From NCBI GenBank assembly GCA_051010055.1, contig JBPCVY010000044.1, forward strand, positions 3,634 to 67,633: 64,000 nucleotides of DNA, in the 5' to 3' direction. Origin of the DNA: Hyphomicrobiales bacterium. GTDB lineage: Bacteria; Pseudomonadota; Alphaproteobacteria; Rhizobiales; CAJQND01. Below, piece by piece: positions 60,096 to 64,000 of this stretch (within the stretch, counting starts at the first letter, position 1; each line of letters begins with the position of its first letter). Both the position numbers and the translations under genes were made by a program. The notes beneath the pieces were generated by a model that was not told where the DNA came from, made no database searches, and saw nothing but the letters and a program-made list of their open reading frames with translations.

Positions 60096-60718
60096 GGCGC
60101 ACGCACCCTTCTAAGGCGGATGTAAAACGCACCGCCACCGCCATGGCGCGGATGGGCCGGCTGAAATCCTGCCACCAATACCCTGAACTCAGGCTCCTCT
60201 AGCCATTGGGGCACAAGCCTGCGCAACCGTCCCATGCGCTCAGGCGCATCAAAATGGCCAGCACCATGGAGCGTGTGCCGGGCAAATGGTGAGCATCCCT
60301 TCCCGGTAATCACCAGCACAGTGCGTTTTTCCGCAGCTCTGGCTGCGGTGAGAAATCCCTTGAGCTTCACACGGGCCATTTCAACCCCTGTACCGTGCAA
60401 ATCAAGGCGCCCTTCAATGTCGACATTCCCCCTGGTGAGCTTTTGCCGGGTGCGCCTATCGAGCGAGCTGATTGGCGGCACCACCGGCGGCGGCTGACGG
60501 ACCGGAGCAGGGTTAAATGCCGGTTTTCTGTTGGCCTCAGGTTTCTTGGGTTTTACCGGTTTGGGCAGCGGGGCACAATTTTTCAGCTCCTCCGCAACGA
60601 GATCTGAGAATCTTGTCTTTTTGATAGGCTCAACCGTTTGCGCGACTTTTGTCCAAAGATGCTGATCGGGCAGTGCGCCTTGTGTTCTTGGGCGCTTTTG
60701 TTCGCGATCCTTCGTCAT
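60092..60718 (-). CDS. Smr-domain protein (MutS2-C-like nuclease domain)
   Basis: C-terminal Smr motifs RLDLHGTGVEMA and VITGKG. The N-terminal half is proline/lysine-rich and low-complexity. Confidence 0.75.
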   Translation of the reverse strand: MTKDREQKRPRTQGALPDQHLWTKVAQTVEPIKKTRFSDLVAEELKNCAPLPKPVKPKKPEANRKPAFNPAPVRQPPPVVPPISSLDRRTRQKLTRGNVDIEGRLDLHGTGVEMARVKLKGFLTAARAAEKRTVLVITGKGCSPFARHTLHGAGHFDAPERMGRLRRLVPQWLEEPEFRVLVAGFQPAHPRHGGGGAFYIRLRRVRAP

Positions 60719-60733
60719 GGGTCCCCGGTACAG

Positions 60734-61900
60734 TTATCGCGCCAGTCGTGCCGCAAGCGGCTTTGGCAGCAACAGTACCATACGGCCCGGACTTTGCATC
60801 GGGCCGGCCAACTGGCCTGCCTTTTCTCCCGACCCAAAGAAAATATCACCGCGCACCTTGCCCTTGATTGCACTGCCCGTGTCTTGGGCAACCATCAGAC
60901 TTCGAAAAGGTTCCAGCTTGCCGCCTTGCCCGCTTGGGGTATTTGTCTCAAGCCAAACCGGTGTTCCATAAAGATGGTATTTGCCATCAACCGCGAGACT
61001 GCGCCCTGCGGAAAGCTCAACGCCCTGGGCTCCCGGCGGGCCAAGCTTTGGATTTTTAACCTTGATTTCGCGAAAGAAAATGAAGGACTGGTTTTTCCAG
61101 AACAGCTCGTGCATGCGATTTGGGTTGAGCAACAGCCAGGCGCGTATGGACTGCATGGTAACCTTGCCGCGCTCCAATTCGCCCCAATCAATCAAAACCT
61201 TGCCGATTGCGGTATAGGGTCGCCCATTTTTCCCAGCAAACCCAATCCTGACGACCTCACCCGTATCGAGCTTCACTCTGCCTGAGCCCTGAACGTGCAA
61301 AAAAAACGCATCGGTCCAGTCTTTCAGCCAGATCAATTCAAGGCCGCGCGCCTTCAGCGCACCACGCTCGATTTGTTTTCGGGTGTAGTAGGGCTTGACG
61401 CCACTGGCCGTTTTGCGCCCATAAGGCATGCCAAGCTTTTTCGCGCTGGCTTTTGGCAGGGCAACAAGGTCTTTCGGCTTGCGGTAGATGGTTACCGGAT
61501 ATCCCGGACCGGGTTTGCGCGAGCCTTCAAGTTCTGGCTCGAAATAACCGGTAAACATGCTCGAGCTGGCGCGAATTTCTACAGGTGAGAAATTTCTCTC
61601 AAAGAATGCCCGGGCAGCGCTGTGTTTAATGCTTGCCGGACCTTTAAGGGCCTTGGTACAGCTTGGTTTCCAGTCAGCGCGACTGCCGCCATAAAGCGCC
61701 TTACGCCATCTGGCTTTCATCATCACAGCGCAGGAGCGCCGAAAAGCGGCGAAGCTTTCTGCGTGATTATCTGTGCTCCACCCTTTCAGGCTCGCAAAAG
61801 ACACAGCTTTGGGCTGCGCGCCAGCTATGTCTGGAACAGCTGTAAGAGAAAGTGTCCAGGAAATGATCCCAGCAGCCAGCAAGACCGGGCGAATTTTCAT
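60734..61900 (-). CDS. mltA: Murein (lytic) transglycosylase A
   Basis: MltA and 3D domain motifs (VAQDTGSAIKG). The signal peptide begins at the ATG at 61900 (MKIRPVLLAAGIISWTLSL). Confidence 0.85.
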   Translation of the reverse strand: MKIRPVLLAAGIISWTLSLTAVPDIAGAQPKAVSFASLKGWSTDNHAESFAAFRRSCAVMMKARWRKALYGGSRADWKPSCTKALKGPASIKHSAARAFFERNFSPVEIRASSSMFTGYFEPELEGSRKPGPGYPVTIYRKPKDLVALPKASAKKLGMPYGRKTASGVKPYYTRKQIERGALKARGLELIWLKDWTDAFFLHVQGSGRVKLDTGEVVRIGFAGKNGRPYTAIGKVLIDWGELERGKVTMQSIRAWLLLNPNRMHELFWKNQSFIFFREIKVKNPKLGPPGAQGVELSAGRSLAVDGKYHLYGTPVWLETNTPSGQGGKLEPFRSLMVAQDTGSAIKGKVRGDIFFGSGEKAGQLAGPMQSPGRMVLLLPKPLAARLAR

Positions 61901-61904
61901 GGGA

Positions 61905-62630
61905 TTAGTTGGCAGCCTCGGTGGCAACAAGTTTCCAGTTGGGATCACGTGAACCCACATCGCGCATGAAGGTCCAAATATCTGTTACTTCGCGGATTTT
62001 CTGCGGATCGCCGTCAATCAAAGTGCCGGACTTATCCTTGGTCGTGGAAATCATCTGGCTCACGAACTTAATTGTCAGGTTGGCTTTTTTATCCTTCATC
62101 GCGCCGTCGATTATCGACGCCTTATCGATGCCAACAAAGGTGGATTCCTGAATGTGGCCGGCTTTTTCACGCTCACTCAGTGCGCTGTTGAAGCCTTCAT
62201 ACACTTCTCGGGAAAGAAGATTTTTGAGCACTTTCCTGTCACCATCAGAAAAAGCGGTAACAATCATTTCGTAGGCGGTGCGGGCGCCTTGCAAGAAACC
62301 GTTGGGATCAAATGAAACATCCGCCTTCTTGATGTCTTCAAGTACGCCCGCAAGAGGCGTTCCTTCTTCTGTGATGCCGGTCCAAATCGGTTCTTCTTTT
62401 TCCGGCACCCCATATGTGACATCTTCCGGCTCTTGCTGTTCGCGGCCCGGAAGCGGAATGACCTTATCTTCCTTCACATCCCCTTTGCCGGCATCTTGGG
62501 CTCCATAGGGGTCAAAAGGTGGTTTGCGCTCATGGCCGGTTCTGCGGCCGAGCACACTGCGCAGCCGGAGAAAAATAATCACTGCAACAACAAGAATGAT
62601 TATATTAAGTGGATCAAATGCTTCGTTCAT
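61905..62630 (-). CDS. Tim44-like domain protein
   Basis: An N-terminal TM helix plus a C-terminal Tim44-like domain (WTFMRDVGSRDPNWKLVATE). This matches the conserved alphaproteobacterial neighbourhood with mltA and secB. Confidence 0.8.
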   Translation of the reverse strand: MNEAFDPLNIIILVVAVIIFLRLRSVLGRRTGHERKPPFDPYGAQDAGKGDVKEDKVIPLPGREQQEPEDVTYGVPEKEEPIWTGITEEGTPLAGVLEDIKKADVSFDPNGFLQGARTAYEMIVTAFSDGDRKVLKNLLSREVYEGFNSALSEREKAGHIQESTFVGIDKASIIDGAMKDKKANLTIKFVSQMISTTKDKSGTLIDGDPQKIREVTDIWTFMRDVGSRDPNWKLVATEAAN

Positions 62631-62831
62631 GCCGTTTGTCCGGGTTTCGCCATCCGTGTCCGTAGGTGCTGCTGGTCAACCCGTTTGGGGACATTTCGTG
62701 CGATCCCCCCTGTTTCTTGGGTCACCTATACATATATGAGATAAAATCGGGAGTCCAACAGCCAAGTAAGAATTATCTGCATCACATTTGGCCGTTTCTA
62801 TGTCAAACGGTATGCTCCATGCGTTGAAAAG

Positions 62832-63365
62832 GTGTTTCAAGTGCCCTTGATCCTGTTTTTTATATTCATCGCGGTTCCGTTGATCGAAATCGCGTTGTTC
62901 ATCCAAATTGGCTCGCTCATCGGCCTGTGGCCGACGCTTGCGACGGTTGTCGCAACAGCGGTTATCGGCACCTGGCTGCTGCGTCATCAGGGGTTTGCTG
63001 TTATTTCCCAGGCGCAAGAATCTGCTGCCCGGAACGAATTGCCCGTACAACCGATTATCCACGGGGTGTTTTTGCTGGCAGCTGGGCTTTTGATGCTCAC
63101 ACCCGGTTTTTTCACCGATGTCATAGGATTTGCGCTGCTTATTCCTCCTGTGCGCCTTGCGATTGCTCATAGCATTTGGAGTCGGATAAAGGACAATGTG
63201 CATGTGGTAACGCCCGGGATGGGCCCGTCACATCAAGCGCCCAGCGGTTCTGACCGCCACCCTGATAAAGGACCCATTATCGATGGTGAAGTGGTTTCAG
63301 AGGACACTGACAATGATCGCCCGAATGAACAGGGGAGCATTGATTCGCCATGGCGTGAACGTTGA
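62832..63365 (+). CDS. fxsA: FxsA family membrane protein
   Basis: The N-terminal LILFFIFIAVPLIEIALFIQIG and PGFFTD motifs are typical of FxsA. Confidence 0.8.
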   Translation: MFQVPLILFFIFIAVPLIEIALFIQIGSLIGLWPTLATVVATAVIGTWLLRHQGFAVISQAQESAARNELPVQPIIHGVFLLAAGLLMLTPGFFTDVIGFALLIPPVRLAIAHSIWSRIKDNVHVVTPGMGPSHQAPSGSDRHPDKGPIIDGEVVSEDTDNDRPNEQGSIDSPWRER

Positions 63366-63483
63366 CCTATTGCGGCCATCGCCCAGACGTGTTAGCCGGA
63401 GGCACAATTCCTCCACCCTGTACCTGCCGCAGTTCGGGCAATCCCCCATACCGGCTATCAGAATATTAAGGAACTGAACGAGA

Positions 63484-64000
63484 ATGGCGAAGAAACCTGA
63501 GACAAAAGAGGCTCCTGCAGCCCCGGCTGAAGCTGCTATTGAAGGAGAAGGTCTTGGCGGAAATGGCGTTGCACCTTCGATGCGAGTGCTTGCCCAGTAC
63601 GTAAAAGACCTTTCTTTTGAAAATCCGAATGCCCCAGAGGTGTTGATGAATGAGGGTGCAAACCCGCAGATCGATGTATCGGTCAACGTCAACGCCAAGA
63701 CAATTTCCCCGTCTGATTATGAAGTTGAGCTTCAACTGGAAATCACGGCGGCAGACGATGGCAACACGGTTTTTGCCGCTGAGTTGCTTTATGCTGGCGT
63801 GTTCCGGCTGGAGAATATTCCAGAAGAGCATATGCACCCGATCGTCTTGATCGAATGCCCACGCATGATCTTTCCGTTTGCACGCAAGATCCTTGCAGAT
63901 GCGACCCAAAGCGGCGGCTTCCCTCCGCTGATGCTGGACCCAATCGATTTCGGCGCAATGTATCAGCAGCGCATGGCCGCTGAAACCGGTGAAGGCGCCA
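63484..64000 (+). CDS. secB: Protein-export chaperone SecB (runs off 3-prime window edge)
   Basis: Not in the ORF track because no stop falls inside the window. My own translation from the ATG at 63484 gives MAKKPETKEAPAAP...MRVLAQYVKDLSFENPNAPE...ECPRMIFPFARKILADATQSGGFPPLMLDPIDF, which is typical SecB. Confidence 0.88.
   Translation, partial: MAKKPETKEAPAAPAEAAIEGEGLGGNGVAPSMRVLAQYVKDLSFENPNAPEVLMNEGANPQIDVSVNVNAKTISPSDYEVELQLEITAADDGNTVFAAELLYAGVFRLENIPEEHMHPIVLIECPRMIFPFARKILADATQSGGFPPLMLDPIDFGAMYQQRMAAETGEGA

Noticed and set aside
1-64000. A search by eye for tRNA, rRNA, tmRNA, CRISPR arrays, IS elements or inverted terminal repeats, integrases, phage genes, and known defence modules.
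   Set aside because: None was found. All spacers are shorter than 240 nt, no cloverleaf-like or repeat-spacer architecture was seen, and every large ORF is accounted for by housekeeping or metabolic families. A tRNAscan, Infernal or ISfinder run would be needed to exclude small elements formally.

Overview
The window is a 64-kb chromosomal segment that is densely coding and mostly housekeeping. Gene content and synteny point to an alphaproteobacterium, most consistent with Hyphomicrobiales/Rhizobiales. Supporting arrangements are irr-fabA-fabB-fabI, tandem regB/regA (actS/actR-type), hisB-DUF2628-hisH-hisA-hisF-hisE-coaA, hslV-x-hslU, and smr-mltA-tim44 / fxsA-secB. This taxonomic call is inference only, since no database search was possible. 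All calls rest on reading the supplied ORF translations for family motifs and checking start codons, RBS and overlaps in the nucleotide sequence.

Layout of the window:
- 1-9.1 kb: the only accessory-looking region. It holds a translationally coupled hydantoinase-B / hydantoinase-A / isochorismatase-fold / FAD-flavoprotein operon, a convergent enolase-superfamily gene, and an MFS transporter plus homocysteine S-methyltransferase pair.
- 9.3-19.2 kb: PBP1A, an M48-like hydrolase, intracellular PHB depolymerase, an ABC-2 exporter, RegB/RegA, an MmcB-like protein and a Bcr/CflA MFS transporter.
- 19.3-25.2 kb: tsaB, rimI, the his cluster and coaA.
- 25.2-33.5 kb: mixed metabolism and repair genes (PfkB kinase, nth, AraC-MGMT fusion, gpmA, dapB, 2-hydroxyacid dehydrogenase).
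- 33.5-36.8 kb: irr and fabABI.
- 37.4-47 kb: pnp-rpsO-truB-rbfA-infB-ylxR-nusA-rimP.
- 47-56.7 kb: trmB, metK, an XRE regulator, and lnt-corC-ybeY-phoH-miaB-plsC-fur.
- 56.8-64 kb: hslV-membrane protein-hslU, XRE-smr-mltA-tim44, fxsA and secB. secB runs off the 3-prime edge and is absent from the ORF track.

I found no tRNA, rRNA, CRISPR array, IS or transposon, integrase, or recognisable defence system. Nothing here is a convincing novel system. The best candidates for follow-up are:
- the uncharacterised cyclic-amide-type operon, whose isochorismatase-fold member lacks the canonical nucleophilic Cys;
- the polytopic membrane gene embedded in hslVU;
- several structured or repeat-bearing leader regions (rimP-nusA leader terminator, pnp leader, irr-fabA intergenic palindromes, metK leader);
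- a near-total absence of intergenic space at convergent gene junctions.
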